50,071 nt of DNA from Rhizobium sp. Q54 (GTDB lineage: Bacteria > Pseudomonadota > Alphaproteobacteria > SHVV01). Each line of letters opens with the position of its first letter. Position 1 is the first letter of the stretch. Below, piece after piece: positions 42,565 to 50,071 of this stretch. Position numbers and translations under genes: made by a program. The stretch lies in contig CAMDOQ010000001.1 in assembly GCA_945903685.1 (NCBI GenBank), positions 1 to 50,071 of the forward strand. The letters run 5' to 3'. Below the pieces are notes generated by a model, which worked only from the letters and a program-made list of their open reading frames with translations, was not told the origin of the DNA and did no database searches.

Positions 42565-43347
42565 ATGAGTGACGTCGTCGGCGCGACCTCCACCCCCGTT
42601 ATCAAGCGTATCGGCCTCGATGCGCCGTGGCTGTGGCTGGCCGCCGGCTGGCGCGACCTGTGGGCGTATCCGAGCGTCGCCCTGGGCTACGGCGGACTGG
42701 TCGTCGCGATCAGCTGGATCGTGACCGCCGCCCTGATCTACGCCGATGCCTGGTTCTTGGTGCTGCCGCTCGCCGCCGGGTTCGTCCAGCTCGGGCCGGT
42801 CCTCGCGGTCGCGCTCTACGAGGCGGCGCGCCGCGTCGAGTCCGGCGAGCGGATCGACTCGCTGGCCACCTTCGTCGTTCGGGTCCGCTCGCCGCTCCAG
42901 CTCGCGGTGCTGGGCTTCTTTCTCGTCTTCTTGACCATGGCCTGGGTCTACGCCGCGATCTTCTTGTTCGCGCTGTTTTTCGGGCTGCAGTTTCCGCCGC
43001 TCGCCGATCTCGTGCCGACGCTGCTCTTGACCTATCGCGGCGTCGCGTTTCTCGTGATCGGGACTGCGGTCGGCGCCGGCTTTGCGTTTGCCGCCTTTGC
43101 CATCAGCGCAGTTTCGATTCCGCGCTTGCTCGAAAGGGACGAGGAGGCGATCACGGCGATGCTGCTATCGGTGCGAGCGGTGCGCGAGAACTTCTGGCCG
43201 ATGATGCTGTGGGCGTGGCTGATCGCGGTCCTGACCGCCATCGGCATCGCCCTGTTCTACGTCGGTCTCTTCATCACGTATCCGTTGATCGGGTTTGCGA
43301 CCTGGCACGCTTACCGCGCGTTGATCGGCGATTCGGGCCGCGCTTAG
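42565..43347 (+). CDS. Integral membrane protein, DUF2189-like
   Basis: The 260-aa protein has LDAPWLWLAAGWRDLWAYPSVALGYGGLVVAISWIV followed by several TM segments. The pattern resembles my recollection of DUF2189/COG5473 proteins; I did not verify this. Confidence 0.5.
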   Translation: MSDVVGATSTPVIKRIGLDAPWLWLAAGWRDLWAYPSVALGYGGLVVAISWIVTAALIYADAWFLVLPLAAGFVQLGPVLAVALYEAARRVESGERIDSLATFVVRVRSPLQLAVLGFFLVFLTMAWVYAAIFLFALFFGLQFPPLADLVPTLLLTYRGVAFLVIGTAVGAGFAFAAFAISAVSIPRLLERDEEAITAMLLSVRAVRENFWPMMLWAWLIAVLTAIGIALFYVGLFITYPLIGFATWHAYRALIGDSGRA

Positions 43348-43511
43348 GCCGCGTCGCGATCGCGGCGCGGGCGCTCGTCGTCGTAAAGGATGCGCTCGGC
43401 GGCGCCATCGAGGTCCTCGAACTGGCCGCTGCGGAGCGCCCATAGGAACGCGGCCAGCCCGATCAACCCGAGCCCGAGTGCCGCGGGGATCAGGAACGCG
43501 AGTGCCGTCAT
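43344..43511 (-). CDS. ccoS: cbb3 oxidase maturation protein CcoS/FixS (55 aa)
   Basis: Hand translation from ATG 43511, which overlaps the ccoI stop in an ATGA coupling, gives MTALAFLIPAALGLGLIGLAAFLWALRSGQFEDLDGAAERILYDDERPRRDRDAA. The W-A-x-R-S-G-Q-F-x-D-L-D-G motif is typical of CcoS. It is too short for the ORF track. Confidence 0.85.
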   Translation of the reverse strand: MTALAFLIPAALGLGLIGLAAFLWALRSGQFEDLDGAAERILYDDERPRRDRDAA

Positions 43512-45721
43512 CGCGCCGTTCTCCGGGGCCGTCCGGCGAGGCGCAGCGCGTTCGCCGTCACCGCGATCGAGGATGCCGACATGAAGAGCGCGGCGATCAG
43601 CGGCGTAACCTGCCCGGCGAAGGCGAGCGGCACTGCGACCGCGTTATAGAGAAAAGCGAGCGCGACGTTTTCGACGATGCGGCGCCGCGCGGCGCGCGCG
43701 ACCGCCAAGGTTTCGACCACCGGCGCCAGGCGGACGCCCTGGAATACCACGTCGGCCGCGGTCTGGCTGATGTCGATCGCGCTCGACGGCGACATCGATG
43801 CGTCGGCAGCGCGAAGCGCAGGCGCGTCGTTGAGGCCGTCGCCGATCATGACGACTCGCCGGCCCGCCGCGCGCAAGGCCGCGAGGGCCTGGGTCTTGCC
43901 GGCCGGTGCGACGCCGCCTTGCCACGCACGGATGCCTAACTCGGCAGCGCGAGCGGCAACGATCTCGGGCCGGTCGCCCGAGAGGATGCGGAGGTCGTAA
44001 CCGGCGGCCGCCAGGGCGGCGATGCTCGCCGCCGCGTCGTCCTTGAGCGCGTCGGTAAAGATGAAACGAACCGGAGCGGCATTGCCGCAGGCGAGCCACA
44101 GCTCGGGACCGGCCGCCGGCCCCGCCTCGGCGCCGACATACGCGCGGTTGCCGAGTTTGACGATCGCGCCGTCGATCGTCGCGCTAAGGCCGCAGCCCGG
44201 TTCCTCGCGCACCGACTCGATCGGTACCGGCTGAGGCGCGGTACGAACCAGCGCACGACAGAGTGGATGCCGGCTATGGAGGGCGAGCCCTGCCGCGAGG
44301 TCGAGATCGGCCGGCCGGATCGCGCTCCGGTTGGCGAGAACCAAATCGTCGGTTGTAAGCGTTCCGGTCTTGTCGAACACCACCGTGTCGACGACCGCCA
44401 AACGTTCGAGCGCATCGGCCTCCTTGAGCAGGATCCCCTGTCGGAACAGGCGTCCGGCCGCAACCACCTGGACCGCCGGCACCGCGAGACCGAGCGCGCA
44501 CGGGCAGGTCACGATCAGCACCGCGATGGCGATCAGCAGCGCCTCCTGCCAAGGCGCCGCCATAACCGCGGTCCAGAACAGAAAGGCGGCGGCAGCTGCG
44601 ATATGGACGCTGGGCGCATAGAGCCGGGCAACCCGATCGGCGATCCGGACATAACGGGCGCGGGCGCCCTCGGCTGCGACCATCAGCCGTTTCATCTCGG
44701 CGAGCAACGTGCCCGCGCCGGCAGCGGTGATGCGAACCCGAAGCGCGCCGCTTCGATTGATGGTGCCCGCGAAGATCGCGGCGCCCGGGGCGACCGCGAT
44801 CGGGGCGGTTTCGCCGGTGACGAGGGAGGCATCGATGTCGGACCGGCCGGCGATGACGACGCCGTCGGCGGGGAGACGATCGCCCGGCGCGATCGCCAGC
44901 ACCATGCCGGGCGCGAGCGCGTCCACCGCCACCGTCGTCGGGCCGCCGGCGCCGAGGACGGTCGCAGTGGTACCGCGTAGGACGACGAGGTGCTCCGCTA
45001 GCGAACGGGCACGGCCGCGGACGCTGCGGTCGAGATAGCGACCCACCAGCAAGAAGAACAACAGTGTCACCGCGGCATCAAAATAGACGTGCCCGCGCCC
45101 GGCCATGGTCTCAAACAGACTCATGGCGGTCGCGAGCGTTACGCCGAGCGTGATCGGTACGTCCATATTGAGCGCGCCGCGCGCCAACGCGCCCACGGCG
45201 GAGCGAACGAATGGCTGGGACGCGTAGACGATGGCGGGAAGCGCGATCAAGGCCGAGAGCCAATGGAACAGGCGCCGCGTTGCTTCGTCCATATCGGCCG
45301 CGAGCCCCGACCACACCGAGACCGAAAGCAGCATGACGTTGGCGGCCGCAAACCCGGCGACCGCGAGGGCCCGCAGCAGCCGTCGCGACTCGGGATCGGC
45401 GGCGGTCGCGGACGGCGCGAACGGCACTGCGCGAAAGCCAAGCGCGGCGACGCGCTCGAGCAGTGCCCGCGCGTCGACCTCGCCGGCGCGCCAATGAACC
45501 GACATCCGACGGGCGCTCAAGTTAACGCGCGCCGAGATCACGCCGGGAACGGCCGCGAGCGTCGATTCGATCCGGCGGACGCACCCGCCGCAGTGCAACC
45601 CCTCGACCATGGCATCGAGCGCTGCGGTACCATCGCCACGGTCGTCGACGAACGGCCCGTCGATAGCGCGACGATCGCGCGCTCCGACGGCGGAAGGTGG
45701 GGCGGCGGCGACCACGCTCAT
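43508..45721 (-). CDS. ccoI: Copper-translocating P1B-type ATPase CcoI/FixI
   Basis: The start is ATG 45721, in an ATGA coupling with the ccoH stop. The HMA motif is GLHCGGCVRRIE. TM6 carries CPC (VTCPCALGLA), the phosphorylation site is DKTGTLT, and the hinge is GDGLNDAPAL. The track ORF extends to 46291. Confidence 0.9.
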   Translation of the reverse strand: MSVVAAAPPSAVGARDRRAIDGPFVDDRGDGTAALDAMVEGLHCGGCVRRIESTLAAVPGVISARVNLSARRMSVHWRAGEVDARALLERVAALGFRAVPFAPSATAADPESRRLLRALAVAGFAAANVMLLSVSVWSGLAADMDEATRRLFHWLSALIALPAIVYASQPFVRSAVGALARGALNMDVPITLGVTLATAMSLFETMAGRGHVYFDAAVTLLFFLLVGRYLDRSVRGRARSLAEHLVVLRGTTATVLGAGGPTTVAVDALAPGMVLAIAPGDRLPADGVVIAGRSDIDASLVTGETAPIAVAPGAAIFAGTINRSGALRVRITAAGAGTLLAEMKRLMVAAEGARARYVRIADRVARLYAPSVHIAAAAAFLFWTAVMAAPWQEALLIAIAVLIVTCPCALGLAVPAVQVVAAGRLFRQGILLKEADALERLAVVDTVVFDKTGTLTTDDLVLANRSAIRPADLDLAAGLALHSRHPLCRALVRTAPQPVPIESVREEPGCGLSATIDGAIVKLGNRAYVGAEAGPAAGPELWLACGNAAPVRFIFTDALKDDAAASIAALAAAGYDLRILSGDRPEIVAARAAELGIRAWQGGVAPAGKTQALAALRAAGRRVVMIGDGLNDAPALRAADASMSPSSAIDISQTAADVVFQGVRLAPVVETLAVARAARRRIVENVALAFLYNAVAVPLAFAGQVTPLIAALFMSASSIAVTANALRLAGRPRRTAR

Positions 45722-46209
45722 GGCGCGACCGTAAGCTCGTATTCGGTGCGGAACTTCGCCGTACCGCTGCTGTCGCGCGCTTCGGCCACCGCCAGCCAGC
45801 GCCCGGCCGCGAGCGCGACCGGGGCGGTATAGGCGCCGGGCTTCGTTTCGCCAAGCGCGAACATCCGGTCGTCGGTCGAACCCGGACGGCGGAGCAGAAC
45901 GGCCACGTGCAGGCCGGGGATTGGCTGCCCGTCGCGCGTGTAAACATGTGCGGTCAGCGCGCGCGGTGCCGAGTGCACGTCGTACCCGAGCGTCGCCCGC
46001 CACCCGAGCGCGACCTGCGCCTCCGCTTGCGCCAGGGTAGCGTTGTAGGCGAGACCACGGCGGTAGGCGTCGGGCGTCGACAAGCCGGGCCAAGTCGCTT
46101 GCGCGAACAAGACGAAGACGGCGTTGACGACGAAGACGAGCCCGAAGAAGCCGATCGCGATCCAGAGCACACGGCGGCCGGTTAGCGGAGCGGCGGAGGG
46201 CGCAGTCAT
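45718..46209 (-). CDS. ccoH: CcoH/FixH
   Basis: The 163-aa protein has an N-terminal TM (LTGRRVLWIAIGFFGLVFVVNAVFVLFA) followed by PDAYRRGLAYN. Its position between ccoG and ccoI and the ATGA couplings on both sides support the call. Confidence 0.85.
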   Translation of the reverse strand: MTAPSAAPLTGRRVLWIAIGFFGLVFVVNAVFVLFAQATWPGLSTPDAYRRGLAYNATLAQAEAQVALGWRATLGYDVHSAPRALTAHVYTRDGQPIPGLHVAVLLRRPGSTDDRMFALGETKPGAYTAPVALAAGRWLAVAEARDSSGTAKFRTEYELTVAP

Positions 46210-47699
46210 CGCTTGGGGCCTTGGACGGCCGACGCGACCGTGGCAGCGCCGGCGGCGTCGCTTGCGGTGAAGCGGATCGGCGTCGCGTCACGGGTCAGCA
46301 CGCCTGCCGGCGCGCTGACATAGACGCGGATGCTTCGAAGCTTGTCCGGCTCGACGGTGAAGGTTGCCGGCTCGCGGCTCTCGCCGCCGACGATCGCGAC
46401 GCGCGCTCCCGGCGGTCCGTCGAGCGCGAGCGTCAGGGTGCGCGTCGCGTAGGTCTTGTTGATCGCCTTGAGGGTGTAACCGTTCCGGATCGTGCCGTCG
46501 GAAAGCAGCACGTAGACCGGGTTGCGGTCGCGCTCGACGGTGAGGTCGAGATCGCTCTGCAGCAGCAAAGCCGCCAGCATGGCGACACCGACGGTGGCGA
46601 TCAGGCCGGCATAGAGGACGGTGCGCGGGCGCAGCCAGCGATACCTCGCCGGTTCGGCATGGGCCCGGCGAACCTCGTTTTCGAGCGTGTCATAGGCGAT
46701 CAAGCCGCGCGGCAGGCCGATCTTGCTCATCACCGCGTTGCAGGCATCGATGCATAGCGCACAGCTGATGCACTGCAACTGGTGGCCGTCGCGAATGTCG
46801 ATCCCGGCCGGGCACACGGCGACGCAGTTGTTGCAGTCGATGCAATGACCGCGGCCTTCCCACGATTCGCCCTTGCGAAGCGGCCCGCGCGGTTCGCCGC
46901 GATCGGTGCGGTAGGTGACGATCAACGAATGTTCGTCCTGGAGCGCCGCCTGGATACGCGGCCACGGGCACATGTAGGTGCAGATCTGTTCGCGGGCGAA
47001 TCCGCCGAGCAGGTAGGTCGCCGCCGCGAATACGCCGACGAACAAGTAGGCGACGGTGGGCGCCTCGATCGCGGCCAGCTCGCGCGCGAGCGTCGGGGCG
47101 TCGGCGAAATAGAACACCCAGGCACCGCCGGTCGCGATCGCGATCGCGATCCAGGTCGCGTGCTTGGCCGCCTTCTTGGCAACCTTGACCGCGGTGAGCG
47201 CGCCTTGGTCGAGCCGGATGCGCGCCGCGCGGTCGCCTTCGATCAAACGCTCGACGGCGATGAAGAGATCGGTCCATACCGTTTGCGGGCAGGCATAGCC
47301 GCACCACACCCGTCCGGCGAGGCTGGTGATCAGGAACAGGACCAGCGCCGCGACGATCAGAAGCCCGGTCAGGAGGTAGACCTGTTGCGGCCAGATCTCG
47401 ATGAAGAAAAAATAGAACCGGCGCGCTGGGAAATCGACCAGGATCGCCTGGTCGGGGAATCCGGGGCCGCGGTCCCAACGCAGCCACGGCGCCGCGTAGT
47501 AGATCGCGAGCATCCCCGACAGTGCCAGCCATTTGATGCGGCGAAACGTGCCGTGGGCGAGCTTGGGGTAGACCTTCTCGTGTTTCTGATATTGCGAGCG
47601 ACGTGCCGGTAGATTGACGGCGGCGACCTCGACCCGCTCGATTCCGGCGGCCGCGTCACGCGGTTTCGCGGCATCGACCGTGGCGGCGCGCTCGAGCAT
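46206..47699 (-). CDS. ccoG: CcoG/FixG, membrane-bound 4Fe-4S ferredoxin-type protein
   Basis: The start is ATG 47699 (MLERAATVD...). The sequence contains GTFRRIKW, CGYACPQ, CIDCNNCVAVCP and CISCALCIDACN. The track ORF begins at 47813 inside ccoP. Confidence 0.9.
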   Translation of the reverse strand: MLERAATVDAAKPRDAAAGIERVEVAAVNLPARRSQYQKHEKVYPKLAHGTFRRIKWLALSGMLAIYYAAPWLRWDRGPGFPDQAILVDFPARRFYFFFIEIWPQQVYLLTGLLIVAALVLFLITSLAGRVWCGYACPQTVWTDLFIAVERLIEGDRAARIRLDQGALTAVKVAKKAAKHATWIAIAIATGGAWVFYFADAPTLARELAAIEAPTVAYLFVGVFAAATYLLGGFAREQICTYMCPWPRIQAALQDEHSLIVTYRTDRGEPRGPLRKGESWEGRGHCIDCNNCVAVCPAGIDIRDGHQLQCISCALCIDACNAVMSKIGLPRGLIAYDTLENEVRRAHAEPARYRWLRPRTVLYAGLIATVGVAMLAALLLQSDLDLTVERDRNPVYVLLSDGTIRNGYTLKAINKTYATRTLTLALDGPPGARVAIVGGESREPATFTVEPDKLRSIRVYVSAPAGVLTRDATPIRFTASDAAGAATVASAVQGPKR

Positions 47700-47706
47700 G
47701 CGCCCG

Positions 47707-48564
47707 CTACCGGCCGCCGCCCAACGCGTGGATGTAAACGGCGAGTTTCTTGATCGTGGCCTCGTCGAGGCGGCTCTGCCAGCCGGGCATGACGCCGCGC
47801 CGGCTCTGCGCAACGCTGGCGTAGATCGCGTTGCGGTCGCCGCCGAACAGCCAGATCGCGTCGGTCAGATTGGGCGCGCCGAGCTTGGCATCGCCTTTGC
47901 CATCGGCGCCGTGGCAGGCGGCGCAATTGTCGGCGAACAATTGGGCGGCCGGGGAATCGCGCTTGGGCGCGCCGACGGCCAAGTCGAGAACGTAGTAGAC
48001 GATCTGCCACGCCTCGGCTTCGCTCAGGAGCTGGTCCTTGACGAAAGCCGGCATGTCGCCTTCGCGCGCCTCGGCGTGGCCGGAGCGGACGCCGAAGCGA
48101 ATCGCGTGCTCGATGTCGGCCAGCGTTCCGCCCCACAACCAATCGTCGTCGTTCAGGTTGGGGAATCCTTTGCCGCCGGCGGCGCCGGTGCCGTGGCACT
48201 GGGCGCAGTTGACGAGAAAGGCCGAACGGCCCCCGGCCAGCGCGAAGCTCAGGAGTTCGGGATCGGTCCGTACGCGATCGAGCGGCGTGGCGAGGATGCG
48301 CGCGTTCAGCGGGGCGTGCACCGCCTTGGCGGCCTCGAGTTCGTCGGCGACGACGGCACGTTGGGAATAGCCGAGCAGACCGCCGGTGAAGCCCGTGATC
48401 GTCGGCCACGTCGGCATCGCGATCCAGTAGCCGATTGCCCAGATCACGGTGACCCACAACACCCACAACCACCACCGCGGCAGCGGATTGTTGAGCTCCT
48501 TGATCCCGTCCCAGCTGTGACCCGTGGTCTCGATGCCGGTCTGTGGGTCGCGCTCGGCGGTCAT
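47707..48564 (-). CDS. ccoP: cbb3-type cytochrome c oxidase subunit CcoP/FixP (dihaem c)
   Basis: The start is ATG 48564 (MTAERDPQTGIETTGHSWDGIKELNNPLPRWW). The two haem c sites are CAQCHG and CAACHG. Confidence 0.9.
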   Translation of the reverse strand: MTAERDPQTGIETTGHSWDGIKELNNPLPRWWLWVLWVTVIWAIGYWIAMPTWPTITGFTGGLLGYSQRAVVADELEAAKAVHAPLNARILATPLDRVRTDPELLSFALAGGRSAFLVNCAQCHGTGAAGGKGFPNLNDDDWLWGGTLADIEHAIRFGVRSGHAEAREGDMPAFVKDQLLSEAEAWQIVYYVLDLAVGAPKRDSPAAQLFADNCAACHGADGKGDAKLGAPNLTDAIWLFGGDRNAIYASVAQSRRGVMPGWQSRLDEATIKKLAVYIHALGGGR

Positions 48565-48722
48565 GGCGTGGGCTCCCGATCGGCCAACGGAATACGCGCG
48601 GCGTGCTCGAAGCGCGCTTTGTTGCCCGGCCATAGCGCGTAGACGAGGACGGCTGCGAACAGCAGCGCGAGGTAGACCAGTCCGTAGCTGCGGGCGAAAA
48701 CGGCGAAAGCGGCGTAATCCAT
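48561..48722 (-). CDS. ccoQ: cbb3-type cytochrome c oxidase subunit CcoQ/FixQ (53 aa)
   Basis: Hand translation from ATG 48722 gives MDYAAFAVFARSYGLVYLALLFAAVLVYALWPGNKARFEHAARIPLADREPTP. It has a single TM and the YALWPGNK motif. Its stop overlaps the ccoP ATG. It is absent from the ORF track. Confidence 0.8.
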   Translation of the reverse strand: MDYAAFAVFARSYGLVYLALLFAAVLVYALWPGNKARFEHAARIPLADREPTP

Positions 48723-48731
48723 GATCGATTC

Positions 48732-49463
48732 CTAGCGAAGGGAGTTGCCGGCGGCCTTGAAGGCATTGACGTCGACCAGTGTGCCCAACATCTGCAGGTA
48801 CGCGATCAACGCGTCGAGCTCGGTAATCGCGTCGGGATTGCCGTCGAAGTCGCGCGCCTGGGCTTTCGGGTAGCGGCGGATCAGGTCGGCGGCGGCGACA
48901 GCGTCCGCCTGCGCCTGGGCTTCGACGTCGACGACTGCGTTGGCGATCATGACGTCGCTATAGGGCACGCCGACTGTACGGTTGGCGCGCAGGTCTTCGG
49001 CGATACGCCGGTAGTCGAGCAGCCGGCGGGCCAGGAACGGGTAGCCCGGCATTACCGATTCGGGCACGACGCTTCGCGGCCGGGTCATGTGGGCGACGTG
49101 CCAGGCATCGGAATAGCGATTGCCGACCCGCGCCAGGTCGGGGCCGGTCCGCTTCGAGCCCCATTGGAACGGGTGGTCGTACATGCTCTCGGCGGCCAAA
49201 CTATAGTGGCCGTAGCGATCGACCTCGTCGCGGAGCGAGCGAATCATCTGGCTGTGACAGACGTAGCAGCCTTCGCGGATGTAGATGTTGCGGCCGGCCA
49301 GCTCGAGCGGCGTGTAGGGACGCATCCCGGCGACGCGCTCGATCGTGCTCTCGAGGTAGAACAGCGGGGCGATTTCGACGATGCCGCCGATCGAGATCGT
49401 GATCAGGATCAGCACCAGCATCAGGAACGAGTTTTTCTCGATTTTCTCGTGGCGACCGGCCAT
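48732..49463 (-). CDS. ccoO: cbb3-type cytochrome c oxidase subunit CcoO/FixO (monohaem c)
   Basis: The sequence starts [35 protein letters not shown] and has the haem site [10 protein letters not shown]. Confidence 0.95.
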   Translation of the reverse strand: MAGRHEKIEKNSFLMLVLILITISIGGIVEIAPLFYLESTIERVAGMRPYTPLELAGRNIYIREGCYVCHSQMIRSLRDEVDRYGHYSLAAESMYDHPFQWGSKRTGPDLARVGNRYSDAWHVAHMTRPRSVVPESVMPGYPFLARRLLDYRRIAEDLRANRTVGVPYSDVMIANAVVDVEAQAQADAVAAADLIRRYPKAQARDFDGNPDAITELDALIAYLQMLGTLVDVNAFKAAGNSLR

Positions 49464-49476
49464 GGCGCGCGCTCCC

Positions 49477-50071
49477 CTAAGCTCGTGCCAGCGCGGGATG
49501 GAGCGCGTACATCGGCCGCTCGTCGCGCACGCGGCCGCGCGCGGTCTGCCACAGGTTGTAGGCCATCAGCACCGCGCCGATGACGTAAAGCAGACCGCCG
49601 AGCGCGCGGATCCAGTAGAACGGCATCATCGCGGCCACGGTCTCGGCGAACGAGTATTCGAGGAAGCCGAGGCGGTCGTAAGCCCGCCACATCAAGCCTT
49701 GCATGATGCCCGAGACCCACATCGCGGTGATGTAGAGGAGGATGCCGAGGGTCGCGACCCAGAAGTGCCACTCGACCAGGCGGAGCGAGTAGAGCCGCTC
49801 GCGTTTCCACAGCACCGGCACCAGGTAATAGAGCGCGCCGAACGAGACGAACCCGACCCAGCCGAGCGCGCCCGAATGGACGTGGCCGATGGTCCAGTCC
49901 GTGTAGTGCGAGAGCGCGTTCACGGCCTTGATCGACATCAGCGGCCCCTCGAACGTGCTCATGCCGTAGAACGCGACCGAGACCACCAGCATGCGCAACA
50001 CCGGGTCGGTGCGAAGCTTGTCCCACGCGCCCGAGAGCGTCATCAGGCCGTTGATCATGCCGCCCCAGGAC
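49477..50071 (-). CDS. ccoN: cbb3-type cytochrome c oxidase subunit CcoN/FixN, C-terminal part (5' end beyond the window)
   Basis: The frame is open to the window edge. The sequence ...[33 protein letters not shown]...[16 protein letters not shown] has the conserved His-rich helices of haem-copper oxidase subunit I of cbb3 type. Confidence 0.9.
   Translation of the reverse strand, partial: SWGGMINGLMTLSGAWDKLRTDPVLRMLVVSVAFYGMSTFEGPLMSIKAVNALSHYTDWTIGHVHSGALGWVGFVSFGALYYLVPVLWKRERLYSLRLVEWHFWVATLGILLYITAMWVSGIMQGLMWRAYDRLGFLEYSFAETVAAMMPFYWIRALGGLLYVIGAVLMAYNLWQTARGRVRDERPMYALHPALARA

Overview
High-GC (roughly two-thirds G+C by eye), densely coding bacterial chromosome. The complete ccoNOQP-ccoGHIS cluster suggests a proteobacterium; that assignment is inference only. 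I recognised no rRNA, tRNA, CRISPR array, transposase or integrase. Left third (1-16.4 kb): a catabolic and uptake block. It holds a two-subunit Rieske dioxygenase, a PotABCD-like ABC importer, two acyl-CoA dehydrogenase paralogs flanking an HCHL-like crotonase, a 4,5-dihydroxyphthalate-decarboxylase-like protein, an extended SDR, an FAH-family hydrolase, an orphan family-5 solute-binding protein, an LLM-class oxidoreductase and a second alpha-only Rieske oxygenase. Middle (16.4-25.8 kb): two translationally coupled secreted proteins of unknown function, an MFS transporter, a Tat-exported dienelactone hydrolase and a 593-aa TPR/SLOG-like/class III nucleotide cyclase fusion. These are followed by an HU gene with DnaA-box-like sites upstream, a quinone oxidoreductase, and a three-gene operon (heme-oxygenase-fold protein, small Rieske protein, BKACE enzyme). 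26-37.5 kb: a molybdenum hydroxylase operon in the unusual order FAD subunit, Mo subunit, FeS subunit, second Mo subunit. It faces a divergent pair of cupins plus a cyclase/formamidase-family gene, then an alpha/beta hydrolase, an SDR and an amidase. 37.5-39.6 kb: vapBC, two cold-shock paralogs, and a tetR gene broken by a 1-nt deletion and flanked by two copies of a 20-bp palindrome. Right end: a fused membrane/spermidine-synthase-like gene, a methyltransferase, a DUF2189-like membrane protein, and ccoS-I-H-G-P-Q-O-N on the minus strand (ccoN truncated by the window edge). ccoQ, ccoS and the dioxygenase beta subunit are missing from the supplied ORF track; I recovered them by hand translation. 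Many long ORFs in the track are antisense shadows typical of high-GC DNA and were not called. No single feature is demonstrably a novel system. The best candidates for follow-up are the heme-oxygenase-fold/Rieske/BKACE operon, the dual-Mo-subunit hydroxylase operon, and the TPR-SLOG-cyclase protein.
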